Below are positions 23,924 to 32,897 of a stretch of DNA of 64,000 nt, in pieces. The position numbers and the translations under genes were made by a program. This stretch comes from an uncultured candidate division Zixibacteria bacterium (GTDB lineage: Bacteria; Zixibacteria; MSB-5A5; RBG-16-43-9). The notes under the pieces are model-generated. The model did no database searches. It was given only the letters and a program-made list of their open reading frames with translations, and had not been told where the DNA came from. The stretch spans positions 1,664,001 through 1,728,000 of the forward strand of contig OY970208.1 of NCBI GenBank assembly GCA_963713865.1. Reading direction: 5' to 3'. How positions within the stretch are numbered: the stretch's first letter is position 1; each line of letters starts with the position of its first letter.

Positions 23924-24784
23924 CTACTTCAGAGGTTTTGCGTTATCAGGAATCTTGAACTGGAATTTATTTTCCGAAATAGATGAATTTATCTGAATTT
24001 CCAAAAATTTAAGCCTGAGCTTCTCTTTTCCATCTAATGATTTTATCTCTATTGTCTGAGGGAGTTTTATCCCGTTGAATTTCCTAAAATCTTTATATTC
24101 TATCACAAATCCCTGAGCTTTTTCTTGTGCTGCTTCTAAAATATTCAACCTCTCCCAGATACTCTTTCTTAAAAGTGCCTCTTTTCTATCCAGCCAGAAT
24201 TTTCTTTTCCACATTTGAATGCTATCTTCATAGATGTAATTTTTCTGGTCAGCTCCGGTATAATAAGCCCTATCTTCTTTTATCTGGATTTCAACTGTAA
24301 GAATTTTTAAAAGACAGAAAAGGCTGATTTCACTCTCATAAATAGAATCACAAGAGCAGTTTTGAGTGATACCGTTATAATATTTTTTTAGACGGGGGAA
24401 ATAAAGAAGTAAGGTATCGCTATAAGCTACTCCAGACATGTAATCGGGCCCTAAAAACGCTTTTACTCTGAAAGCAAGACTATCCGGTTTTTTTAAAAAT
24501 AGTTCTAAGTCTCCGGAGAAATTTCCCTGTTTAGATTTGTAGTTGAAGTTTATAAGCGAAGAAGTGGTTTTGATCTGGCTTTGATTTGAGATCGCTTTTT
24601 CTAATACTTTTTGCGGAGTAAGCTCCTCTGGAGGAGGTTTCAGGCGAGCTGCTGGATAACAGCTGAAAAAAAAGAGAATTAGATAAGAAAAGAGAAGAAG
24701 CATTTTCAATTCTAGCTTTGTTATTCTGGGTATAATACTCAAAAGGTATTGCTTTTTTAGCTTGAATTGAAATATAGATTCCAT
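23924..24784 (-). CDS. Putative lipoprotein, LolB-like/DUF4292 fold; start uncertain
   Basis: Hydrophobic stretch ending FFFSC (lipobox-like), beta-rich body, C-terminal FQFKIPDNAK. Confidence 0.6.
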   Translation of the reverse strand: MESIFQFKLKKQYLLSIIPRITKLELKMLLLFSYLILFFFSCYPAARLKPPPEELTPQKVLEKAISNQSQIKTTSSLINFNYKSKQGNFSGDLELFLKKPDSLAFRVKAFLGPDYMSGVAYSDTLLLYFPRLKKYYNGITQNCSCDSIYESEISLFCLLKILTVEIQIKEDRAYYTGADQKNYIYEDSIQMWKRKFWLDRKEALLRKSIWERLNILEAAQEKAQGFVIEYKDFRKFNGIKLPQTIEIKSLDGKEKLRLKFLEIQINSSISENKFQFKIPDNAKPLK

Positions 24785-24797
24785 ATAAAGTCAGTCA

Positions 24798-24880
24798 GTA
24801 GGTCGGGCTGTTCAGCTTTTGACGGAACTGCCCGACATAATCTTATAATCAGTGTCGGGTAGCTTTGCAACCCGACCTAC
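24798..24880. repeat. REPIN-like pair of GTAG hairpins
   Basis: GTAGGTCGGG...CCCGAC ... GTCGGGT...ACCCGACCTAC inverted arrangement. Confidence 0.75.
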
Positions 24881-24886
24881 TAAAGC

Positions 24887-24968
24887 TGTCATTCTGAAGG
24901 AGTCCCCTACGGGACGACTGAAGAATCTCGAGATTCTTCGTCCGCCTGTGGCAAGACTCAGAATTTCA
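24887..24968. repeat. TGTCATTCTGA palindromic element, degenerate copy
   Basis: TGTCATTCTGA...GAAGAATCTCGAGATTCTTC...CTCAGAAT. Confidence 0.75.
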
Positions 24969-25004
24969 GTAGAGGATGTTGAAATCTTAAAACCTGAATC
25001 TTTT

Positions 25005-25667
25005 TCATACATAGATAAGCCGGATAAACTCCGGACCTGCGAAGAGTGTTCCAAAAAAGAGGATAAATGGTTTGAAAATAGACCAGAGTATTCCAAGATT
25101 TAAAAAATAATCTAAAAGGATCACACCCAATAAAATATAAGGTGCATATTTTTGAATCTGACTTATCTGGATATAATATTTAGGAGGTAAAAGGCCACTT
25201 AAGATATGGGAACCATCTAAAGGATTTACCGGGATAAGATTGAAGACTGCTAAAACCAGGTTCAATTGTATTCCCTTAACCAGCATTATCAGGAAAAGTT
25301 GCTGGGTAGAAGGTTCTGAGCTAAGAGTGTAGGGTGTGATAAGTAACCTGAAGATAAGTCCGAGAATTAAAGCTAAAAGCATATTTGAGCCAGGTCCAGC
25401 CAAGGAGACCCAGAGTTCATCTTTATGAGGATTTTTAAAATTGAAAGGATTTACCGGAACTGGCTTTGCCCAGCCGAAACCATAGAAATAGAGAAGCACC
25501 AGCCCGACTATATCGATATGGGAGAGTGGATTTAAGGTGAGCCTTCCAGCTTGTTTGGCAGTGGGATCGCCTTTGCGGTATGCCATCCAGGCATGGGAAT
25601 ATTCGTGCACGGTTATAGCGAAAAGAAGAGGGGGGGTTATTATCAGATAATATACAAGTCGATCCAT
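25005..25667 (-). CDS. Site-2 protease family (M50) membrane metalloprotease
   Basis: HEYSH, GDPT...GRLTLNP, FGWAKPVP, AGP, FNLIPVNPLDG; ATG 25667 has a GAGG RBS. Confidence 0.92.
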   Translation of the reverse strand: MDRLVYYLIITPPLLFAITVHEYSHAWMAYRKGDPTAKQAGRLTLNPLSHIDIVGLVLLYFYGFGWAKPVPVNPFNFKNPHKDELWVSLAGPGSNMLLALILGLIFRLLITPYTLSSEPSTQQLFLIMLVKGIQLNLVLAVFNLIPVNPLDGSHILSGLLPPKYYIQISQIQKYAPYILLGVILLDYFLNLGILWSIFKPFILFFGTLFAGPEFIRLIYV

Positions 25668-25668
25668 T

Positions 25669-26247
25669 TTATTTCCTCGAAACAAAGCCACTTTCTTTTA
25701 TATAAAAACGCCACTTTTTCTCTTTTCCTTTATCTACCCCAACCCGGTTAGTAGAAACGATTTTTCCTGTAGATTCACCTCTATCTTCTACATAGATGAC
25801 CTCAGAGCAGAGGTCAGCCCCGCATAAGGCTCTATCTATTCCCATAGCCAGACATAACTTTCCTGGACCGTTGGTTAGTTCTTCCATTATTTCTGTTTTC
25901 CTTCTTTGTTTCATCGTATCGATTCCTTGCTCCGGCTCTAAGGCCCGAATTAAAACTGCGGCTGGGTATCCATTTCTTTCGGTTACGAAATTCAGACAAT
26001 GGTACATTCCGTATGTAAAATATACGTAGGCATAGCCAGGTGCACCAAACATTATCTTATTTCTCTCAGACATTCCTCTGTGAGCATGAGAGGCAGGGTC
26101 GTTCAGGCCGATATAAGCTTCGGTCTCCACAATCTTTCCGGAAAGCTTTTCTCCATTCTTATGCACAACTAAATATTTACCTAATAACTCTTTTGCCACC
26201 TTTAAAGTTGAGCGATTGTAAAACTTTCTCTGTAGTATTTTTCTCAT
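25669..26247 (-). CDS. mpg: 3-methyladenine DNA glycosylase (AAG/MPG family)
   Basis: IVETEAY, YVYFTYGMY, AVLIRALEP, NGPGKLC. Confidence 0.94.
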   Translation of the reverse strand: MRKILQRKFYNRSTLKVAKELLGKYLVVHKNGEKLSGKIVETEAYIGLNDPASHAHRGMSERNKIMFGAPGYAYVYFTYGMYHCLNFVTERNGYPAAVLIRALEPEQGIDTMKQRRKTEIMEELTNGPGKLCLAMGIDRALCGADLCSEVIYVEDRGESTGKIVSTNRVGVDKGKEKKWRFYIKESGFVSRK

Positions 26248-26278
26248 AATTTGTTAAATTAGTTCGGGTCACCAGGAT

Positions 26279-27238
26279 TCAGCTGTAGGCAGAATAATCC
26301 AATCTCCGAACCAACGAAGATACAGCTTTAAGCTCATCTAAGGTTTCTTTTATCTTTCTTTTAACAAAGGGATGACTTTCTGTTTTAGATAAATCGATAA
26401 TTGCCTTTATTCCATTTTTATCTCCTATCTTTCCTAAAGCTTCTACTGCAAAACCTCGTTCAGCCCAATCCTCTGATCTTAATTTTTCTAAAAGATATGG
26501 AACCGCACGAGGGTCTTTAAGTTTTCCTAAGGACTCGATAGCTAGATACCTGGTATTATCGACTGAGTCGTTCAAAACTTTCAAAAGAGGGTCAACTGCT
26601 TTTTGTCCCAGTTTAACCAGAGAGATTGAAGCGGTCATCCTCACGCTGAAATGTTTATCTTTTAAAGCTTTCATCAGAAAATCTATTGCTACCGGATTAT
26701 TCAAATCCCCCAATGAAACTGCGGCACTTTTTCTTACTACTTCCACTGAATCGCTTAACAAAAAGCTTATATTATTTAAAATCGTGGTATCTCCTATTTT
26801 ACCCAGAGAGGAGCAAGCATTCGCACGGATGTTGAAATCGGGGTTATCCAGTAAATCTGAAAGTGGTTGAACTGCTCTTTTATCTTTTATATCTCCTAAT
26901 ATCCGGGAGGCAGTTTTGATTTTATCTTTGTTTTCACTTTTCAGACAATCGATCAGAGGGAGGACTGCCGGCTCTCTAATTTTACCTAAAATATCAACCA
27001 AGGCTAAAATCTCCCTGGCATCCTGAGTTTCTAATTTATCAACTAGAAAAGGAACTGCATCTTTTCCCATCTCTATTAAAGCTTTTTTAGATGGTTCTAC
27101 CAAATCCCGGTATTTTTCTTCAGCCGAGGAGGCTTTGATGAAAAGTTCATCAACCTGCGATTTTAAGTCTGAAGAAAAAGACAAAGAAAAAAGATTAACA
27201 AAAATCATTGAAATTAAATATAAGAAAAAAGAACGCAT
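26279..27238 (-). CDS. HEAT/PBS-lyase repeat protein with N-terminal signal peptide
   Basis: Repeated VRxxAAxxLGxI-D-xxAV-xL units; hydrophobic N-terminus. Confidence 0.85.
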   Translation of the reverse strand: MRSFFLYLISMIFVNLFSLSFSSDLKSQVDELFIKASSAEEKYRDLVEPSKKALIEMGKDAVPFLVDKLETQDAREILALVDILGKIREPAVLPLIDCLKSENKDKIKTASRILGDIKDKRAVQPLSDLLDNPDFNIRANACSSLGKIGDTTILNNISFLLSDSVEVVRKSAAVSLGDLNNPVAIDFLMKALKDKHFSVRMTASISLVKLGQKAVDPLLKVLNDSVDNTRYLAIESLGKLKDPRAVPYLLEKLRSEDWAERGFAVEALGKIGDKNGIKAIIDLSKTESHPFVKRKIKETLDELKAVSSLVRRLDYSAYS

Positions 27239-27273
27239 AGATAATTTCTCTTATTTATAAATTCTAACGCTAT

Positions 27274-28170
27274 TCAACTTACCACCGCACCTAAGGCTAT
27301 GGACAAAAGTTTAATCTCAGCTGAATCCGAGCGGGAGAGTAAGACGATGGGAGCACCACCTCCAACTACTATACCTCCCACTTTAGCTCCGGCCAAATAG
27401 ATTAATCCTTTAACCAGGATATTGCAGGAAGAAATGTTTGGACAGAGGAAGATGTCTGTCTCCCCTGAGACAGGTGAGATAATCCCTTTGATCTGTGCGG
27501 ATTTGGAATCGATAGCTACATCAAAGGCTATGGGACCATCCACTATCACGTCTTTTATCTCACCTCTTTCAGCCATCTTTGAAATTATAGAGGCATCGAT
27601 GGTCTCCGGCATATCCGGATTTACCAATTCCACTGCAGCCAAACAGGCAGTTTTGGGTTTCTCTATTTCCAACTTTTTTGCAACCTCAATTGCGTTTTTC
27701 AAGATATCGATTTTTTTCATAACATCAGGCGCGATATTCATCCCGCCATCAGTTATAAGCATAAGCTTGGGATATTTTTCTACTTCCATCACTGCTACAT
27801 GGCTTAACAGTTTTCCACTTTTAAGTCCTTTTTCCTTATCCAGCACTGCTTTTAAAAGAGTAGGGGTATCTACTTTCCCTTTCATCAGCATATCAGCTTT
27901 CTTCTGTTTAACCAGCTCAACCGCTAAGGAAGCTATTTTCTGAGGCTCTTTCTCTCCTAAAATCTCTAATCGACTTAAATCAAAGTTTAATTTTTTACAT
28001 AAACTCTCGATTTTATCCGGATCGCCAATCAGAATCGGAGAAATAATCTTTTCTTCAGTAGCAATCTTAACTGCTTCTATTATCTCCTCGCCCTCTGCAC
28101 CGGCAATTGCCAGGTATTTTTTCTCTTTGTTTTTGACTGATTCGAGAAGCCCTTTAAAACTCTTTATCAT
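27274..28170 (-). CDS. ptb: Phosphate butyryltransferase
   Basis: LMKG, LLSHVAV, TDGGMNIAP, VDGP, VLLSRSDS. Confidence 0.9.
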   Translation of the reverse strand: MIKSFKGLLESVKNKEKKYLAIAGAEGEEIIEAVKIATEEKIISPILIGDPDKIESLCKKLNFDLSRLEILGEKEPQKIASLAVELVKQKKADMLMKGKVDTPTLLKAVLDKEKGLKSGKLLSHVAVMEVEKYPKLMLITDGGMNIAPDVMKKIDILKNAIEVAKKLEIEKPKTACLAAVELVNPDMPETIDASIISKMAERGEIKDVIVDGPIAFDVAIDSKSAQIKGIISPVSGETDIFLCPNISSCNILVKGLIYLAGAKVGGIVVGGGAPIVLLSRSDSAEIKLLSIALGAVVS

Positions 28171-28208
28171 CTTTACCCTCTGGAAAAGTCTAACTTCTGT
28201 CTTCCAAT

Positions 28209-29132
28209 TTATTTCACGTAAGTAAGCCAGCCGTATTTATCTTCAGCCTCACATGACACTATCTGGAAAAACCTCTCCTGTAATTTTGCAGTTATAGGAC
28301 CTCGTTTTCCTGAACCAATGATTACCTTGTCGATTGAGCTTATCGGGGTAATCTCTGCGGCACTGCCTGTAAAGAAAACCTCATCTGCGATATAAAGCGC
28401 TTCACGGGGGATGTTTTCCTCGATCACCTTTATTTTTAACTCCTGGGCTAAATAAAGCACCGTATTACGAATAATTCCAGGTAGAATTGAGGAACCAAAG
28501 GATGGGGTGATTAAAGCGCCATCCCTGACTATGAATATATTCTCACCGCTTCCCTCGCTTACATATCCATAAACATCCAGGGCAATTCCTTCGACATATC
28601 CATGTTCTTTGGCTTCTAATTTTATCAACTGGGAGTTCATATAGTTGGCTCCGCTTTTTGCCATGGCTGGAAATGTGTTAGGTGCCATCCTGTTCCAGGA
28701 GGAGACACAAACCGGAACGCCATTCTCCAGAGCATCTTTGCCCAGATACTTTCCCCATTTCCAGACTGCAATGGAGACATCGATGGGACAGCCGGTTGGA
28801 TCAACTCCTAATTGTTCGTATCCGCGGTAAGCCACTGGTCGAATATAACATTCGTCTAATTTATTGACTTTAATAAGATCAATTATTGCCTGATTTATCT
28901 CCTCTTTAGTAAAGGGGATTTTCATCCGGTAGATCTTGGCAGAATTAAAAAGCCTGTCAGTATGTTCTTTCAACCGGAAAATAGCTGGACCTTTTTTGGA
29001 TTTATAACATCTGGCCCCCTCAAAAACACTGGAGCCATAATGCACCACATGGGAAAGGACGTGAATCTTGGCATCATCCCAGTTTACAATCTTTCCATTC
29101 ATCCATATTTTTTCGACTTTTTCAAACGGCAT
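28209..29132 (-). CDS. ilvE: Branched-chain amino acid aminotransferase
   Basis: [42 protein letters not shown]. Confidence 0.96.
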   Translation of the reverse strand: MPFEKVEKIWMNGKIVNWDDAKIHVLSHVVHYGSSVFEGARCYKSKKGPAIFRLKEHTDRLFNSAKIYRMKIPFTKEEINQAIIDLIKVNKLDECYIRPVAYRGYEQLGVDPTGCPIDVSIAVWKWGKYLGKDALENGVPVCVSSWNRMAPNTFPAMAKSGANYMNSQLIKLEAKEHGYVEGIALDVYGYVSEGSGENIFIVRDGALITPSFGSSILPGIIRNTVLYLAQELKIKVIEENIPREALYIADEVFFTGSAAEITPISSIDKVIIGSGKRGPITAKLQERFFQIVSCEAEDKYGWLTYVK

Positions 29133-29153
29133 ACAATCCTCCTTTTTTTCGTT

Positions 29154-29188
29154 AGGTCATAGGTAATAGGTTATAGGTCATAGGTTTT
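29154..29188. repeat. Degenerate heptamer tandem repeat (AGGTNAT) x5
   Basis: AGGTCAT AGGTAAT AGGTTAT AGGTCAT AGGTTTT. Confidence 0.8.
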
Positions 29189-29279
29189 TAATACCTCAAA
29201 AATATTTTTCCAGTTTAATTTAACAAAATTAATGATTCGCTTTCTATTTTCATATTTGTAAAACATATTTAATCCTTTA

Positions 29280-29474
29280 TTATTTTTTAGATTCCCAATA
29301 AATTATGATAACTGCCACATTACGATATTTGCCCGGTCTTACTGCGTAAATAAATTGAACTATAGATTTATCCTTATTAGAATCCAGCCACTTATTAAGT
29401 GCTTTATTAACTGTCAGAGAAAACATTTTATCTTCAACTGGCTCTAACTCCACCGTATCAAATCCCCTATCCAT
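29280..29474 (-). CDS. Small hypothetical protein
   Basis: 64-aa ORF co-oriented with neighbours; no motif recognised. Confidence 0.3.
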   Translation of the reverse strand: MDRGFDTVELEPVEDKMFSLTVNKALNKWLDSNKDKSIVQFIYAVRPGKYRNVAVIIIYWESKK

Positions 29475-29573
29475 AGATCTACTTTTAAAAAAGGTTTAAA
29501 GTTAACTGTTCCGTGAAAATTTTCTTTATAAAAAGTTTAGACTACATTTTAAAAAACCTCCTCACACTCTGGA

Positions 29574-29963
29574 TTAACGGTGGAACAGTACTTTCTGTCT
29601 TTCTAAAGACCTTTCTAATCCCTTTAACATCCTTCCACATTCATCATACCGTGCAATATAATCAGTGTAGAGTTCCTTAGTGAGATAATTTTTTTTAAAA
29701 GCTATAGTTAGATGATGTGCAGTTTCTCTTAATTCTCCTAAGGCTCTATTTATGCCTTCTAAATAAAGATTTATATGTTTATTATTCCAGCCCTCAGCCA
29801 GATTAGCTGGAATCGAATTAGAAGACCTTCTTAACTGCGAACCTAACTCATGCAACTCGAATTTAGGGAAAGCTAATGTCAATTTATGAATATCCAAATG
29901 CAGCTTACAGAGCTTCTGATAAACTTCTAAATCCTCAAAACTTTTAATCCTTTCCTTTTCCAT
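29574..29963 (-). CDS. Four-helix bundle protein (23S rRNA IVS protein family)
   Basis: SFEDLEVYQ, FPKFE, SQLRRSSNSIPANLAEG, ALGELRET; codons upstream of ATG 29963 are TAGGT tandem repeat. Confidence 0.9.
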   Translation of the reverse strand: MEKERIKSFEDLEVYQKLCKLHLDIHKLTLAFPKFELHELGSQLRRSSNSIPANLAEGWNNKHINLYLEGINRALGELRETAHHLTIAFKKNYLTKELYTDYIARYDECGRMLKGLERSLERQKVLFHR

Positions 29964-29988
29964 CCTACTACCTACCACCTATTACCTA

Positions 29989-30888
29989 TCACCTACTACT
30001 TGCCACCCCCAAGGCAATCGACATAAACTTGGTCTCGTGTGAATCAGCCCTTGAAGTTAAAACCACTGGTACTTTTGTGCCTAAGACGACAGCGGCGCAT
30101 TTGGCTTTGGCGAATTCAACTAAAGTTTTGTATATGACATTCCCAGTTTCTATATCCGGACAGAGGAGGATATCTGCTTTTCCTGCAACAGGGCTTTTCA
30201 CCCCTTTTATTTTGGCTGACTCTTCGGAGATGACATTATCTAAGCCAAAAGGACCATCTACTATTGCTCCTTTGATCTGTCCCCTTTTTGCCATCATTGA
30301 CAGACAGGCGGCATCTACAGTTGCTGGCATCTTTTCTGGATTGACCTTTTCCGTTGCCGCAATACAGGCAACTTTGGGTTTTTCAATTCCTAAAGATATT
30401 GCTAAATCAACAGCATTCTGTATTATCTGAGCTTTTTCCATAAGGGTGGGGGCGATATTTATGGCCGCATCAGTTAGGATTAAAAGTCGAGGAAAATCCG
30501 GTATCTCGAAAACCGCTACATGGGTTAGAAGTTTTCCAATGGCTAACCCTTTTTCTTTATCTAAGATCCCCTTCATAAAAATACCGGTATCTAAAAGCCC
30601 TTTCATCATCAAATCTGCTTTTCCTTGATTAATTAATTGGGCACATAAAAGTGAAGCTTTCAATGAACCTTTTTCCTCAACTAATTCATACTCTGAGAGG
30701 TCTATCTTATTTTTATCAGCCAGTTCTTTTATCTTCTCCTCGGAACCAACTAAAATACATTGAATAACTTTTTCTCTGCGAGCCTGGTCTAAAGCTAAGA
30801 GTACTTCTTCATCCTCGGCCTTAGCCACAGCGATTATTTTAGGTCCGATTGATTTAGCTAAACTTAATATCTCCCTTAGTTCCTTCAC
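29989..30888 (-). CDS. ptb: Phosphate butyryltransferase
   Basis: MMKG, LTHVAV, TDAAINIAP, VDGPFGLD, VLTSRADS; GTG start. Confidence 0.92.
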   Translation of the reverse strand: MKELREILSLAKSIGPKIIAVAKAEDEEVLLALDQARREKVIQCILVGSEEKIKELADKNKIDLSEYELVEEKGSLKASLLCAQLINQGKADLMMKGLLDTGIFMKGILDKEKGLAIGKLLTHVAVFEIPDFPRLLILTDAAINIAPTLMEKAQIIQNAVDLAISLGIEKPKVACIAATEKVNPEKMPATVDAACLSMMAKRGQIKGAIVDGPFGLDNVISEESAKIKGVKSPVAGKADILLCPDIETGNVIYKTLVEFAKAKCAAVVLGTKVPVVLTSRADSHETKFMSIALGVASSR

Positions 30889-30898
30889 AAAAATTCCT

Positions 30899-30947
30899 TT
30901 GACAAAAAATCTCGGTATAATATATTGATTAAGAAGATATTTATCAA
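30899..30947. promoter_or_regulatory. Overlapping opposite-strand sigma70-like promoters
   Basis: + strand TTGACA-N16-TATATT and - strand TTGATA-N17-TATATT share the palindrome AATATATT. Confidence 0.4.
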
Positions 30948-31205
30948 CAGAAAAAGATGAAACGTAGTAGGGTTAACCAGATGATATAATATAATGTCGG
31001 GGACAAGTCCTGACGATACGAAAAATATTACCTCTCCTTTTCAAGAAAGGGCAGGGGAAAGGCTAAAAAATATCTTGCTAAAAATAATTTATATGCTATA
31101 CTTATAAATGGAGAAGTAAGTTAGATACATGAAATTATTCCGCCTGATCAGGGAATCTGACCGGTAGATAGATAGAGGAATAATATCAACGGGAAGGAGG
31201 TTTTT

Positions 31206-31586
31206 ATGTCCTTCTGTCCTTTCTGCGGAGAAGAAATAACTGAAGAGAAAACTTTTTGTCAGCGCTGTGGTTACTCGAACAGTTTAGCCCTTCCCTATCC
31301 TTCAACTAAGATTAGCTTTTCTAATATATTATTAGCTTCCGTGGGATTGATTTCAGGAATAGGCTCATGTATTTTTTCTTTGCTCCCATATTATAATTAT
31401 TTAGGATTTATTCTGGTCATATCCACGGTTGTCTTTTCGGGTATTTCTCTGGAGAAGCTAACTAAGAAATTTGATTCCGTTCCGATTAAAGTTCTTTCAG
31501 TAATTGCTCTGGTTTTTGCTGCGGCTGGTTATCTTCTTTTTATTTTCTATAACTCCCGTATGCCCGGTAGTGGTAGCCACGCATGA
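31206..31586 (+). CDS. Small zinc-ribbon membrane protein
   Basis: AAGGAGG RBS; FCPFCG...FCQRCG; three hydrophobic helices. Confidence 0.8.
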   Translation: MSFCPFCGEEITEEKTFCQRCGYSNSLALPYPSTKISFSNILLASVGLISGIGSCIFSLLPYYNYLGFILVISTVVFSGISLEKLTKKFDSVPIKVLSVIALVFAAAGYLLFIFYNSRMPGSGSHA

Positions 31587-31590
31587 TTTT

Positions 31591-31648
31591 GTAGCGTCGG
31601 GTTTTATGTCCGACGTGAAAAAACATCAGGGACAGGTCCTGACGCTAC
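31591..31648. repeat. REPIN-like element
   Basis: GTAGCGTCGGG..CCGACG and TCAGGGAC..GTCCTGACGCTAC; halves also at 1406-1430 and 30996-31020. Confidence 0.8.
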
Positions 31649-31673
31649 GAAATAAGGGAACGTCCTACAAGTT

Positions 31674-32741
31674 TTAGTACTCTTTTTCTTTCTCTTCTTC
31701 TGTCAATGCCCTTAAGGCTCCTAAGGTTAAAGCCTCCATCTCATCCTCACCTGGGAAAACCAGAACTTTGGAGAGGAAATCGACCCTCTGTTTAATCATA
31801 TTAATCAATCTTTCCGAATTGGCTATCCCTCCGGTGAGAACAATCGCATCTACTTTACCAGATAGAGTGGGTGCCATTGCCCCGATCTCTTTGGCGATCT
31901 GATAGACCATTGCCTCATAGATCAGTTTTGCTTTTTGATCTCCAGAGTCGATCATTTTTTCAATTTCTTCCACATTGTCTGTATCCAGATAAGCTAAAAG
32001 TCCACCTTTTTTGGTTATCTTATCATACATCTCCACATAGGTGTATTTTCCAGAGAAGCATAGCTTAACTAAACCCGTTACTGGAAGATTGCCAGTCCTC
32101 TGGGGTGAGAAAGGTCCACCATCATTAGCATTATTTACATCGATCATCTGCCCTTTTAAATGGGAACTAACGCTGATTCCTGAACCGAGATGCACGATGA
32201 TCAGATTAAGCTCCTCATATCTTTTTCCCAGTTCAAATGCAGATTTCCTTGCCACCATTTTGATATTCAAGGCGTGAGAGAGACTTTTTCTTTCCAACTC
32301 CGGCATACCAGAAATTCGTGAAATTGGAGGGAATTCATCTACTGAGACCGGATCAACAATGAAAGCAGGTATGTCAGTCTCTCTGATTAATCCATAAGCA
32401 ATCAGTGCTCCCAGATTTGAAACATGGTCTGCCTGGACATTGCCAGCTCTTATATCTGAGAGCATCTTCTGGTTAACTCGGTAGGTGCCACTGGATAAAG
32501 GTTTAAAAGCACCTCCTCTTCCTACCACTGCAGAAAGGTCCGTGATTTTCAGATTGTTCCTCAGCAAGAATTTCATTACTATATTCTTTCTGTAATCCAA
32601 CTGGTCTAAGGTCTTAGGATAGTCTTTAAGCTCATCTGCAGAATGCCTTAAAACCTCCACGATCAGAGGATTTTTATCCTCATACAGAGCTACCTTGGTA
32701 GAAGTTGCCCCGGGATTGATGCTTAAAATTTTATAGGTCAT
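31674..32741 (-). CDS. buk: Butyrate (branched-chain acyl) kinase
   Basis: INPGATSTK, VGRGG, HVSNLG, HALN, HLGSG, GPFSPQRTG, LTGG. Confidence 0.95.
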   Translation of the reverse strand: MTYKILSINPGATSTKVALYEDKNPLIVEVLRHSADELKDYPKTLDQLDYRKNIVMKFLLRNNLKITDLSAVVGRGGAFKPLSSGTYRVNQKMLSDIRAGNVQADHVSNLGALIAYGLIRETDIPAFIVDPVSVDEFPPISRISGMPELERKSLSHALNIKMVARKSAFELGKRYEELNLIIVHLGSGISVSSHLKGQMIDVNNANDGGPFSPQRTGNLPVTGLVKLCFSGKYTYVEMYDKITKKGGLLAYLDTDNVEEIEKMIDSGDQKAKLIYEAMVYQIAKEIGAMAPTLSGKVDAIVLTGGIANSERLINMIKQRVDFLSKVLVFPGEDEMEALTLGALRALTEEEKEKEY

Positions 32742-32897
32742 ATTTTTATTTTTGCAAGGCTGAAGCCTTGCCTACGATCATAGTCCCGCACAAATGCGGG
32801 ACCCTACAGCTCTTTGACCAATCATCAGGGAAAGCACAGGGGTCTGCCCCAACAATTTTTTATCCGTCATCCTTCATACGTCATTCGATATATTTTA

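Noticed and set aside
23662-25103. ORFs 23662-23880, 24812-25096 and 24852-25103
   Set aside because: They run through palindromic repeat DNA or overlap the site-2 protease gene; no protein motifs.
29574-29963. Four-helix bundle as a DGR Avd or an rRNA intervening sequence
   Set aside because: No reverse transcriptase, template/variable repeat pair or rRNA nearby.
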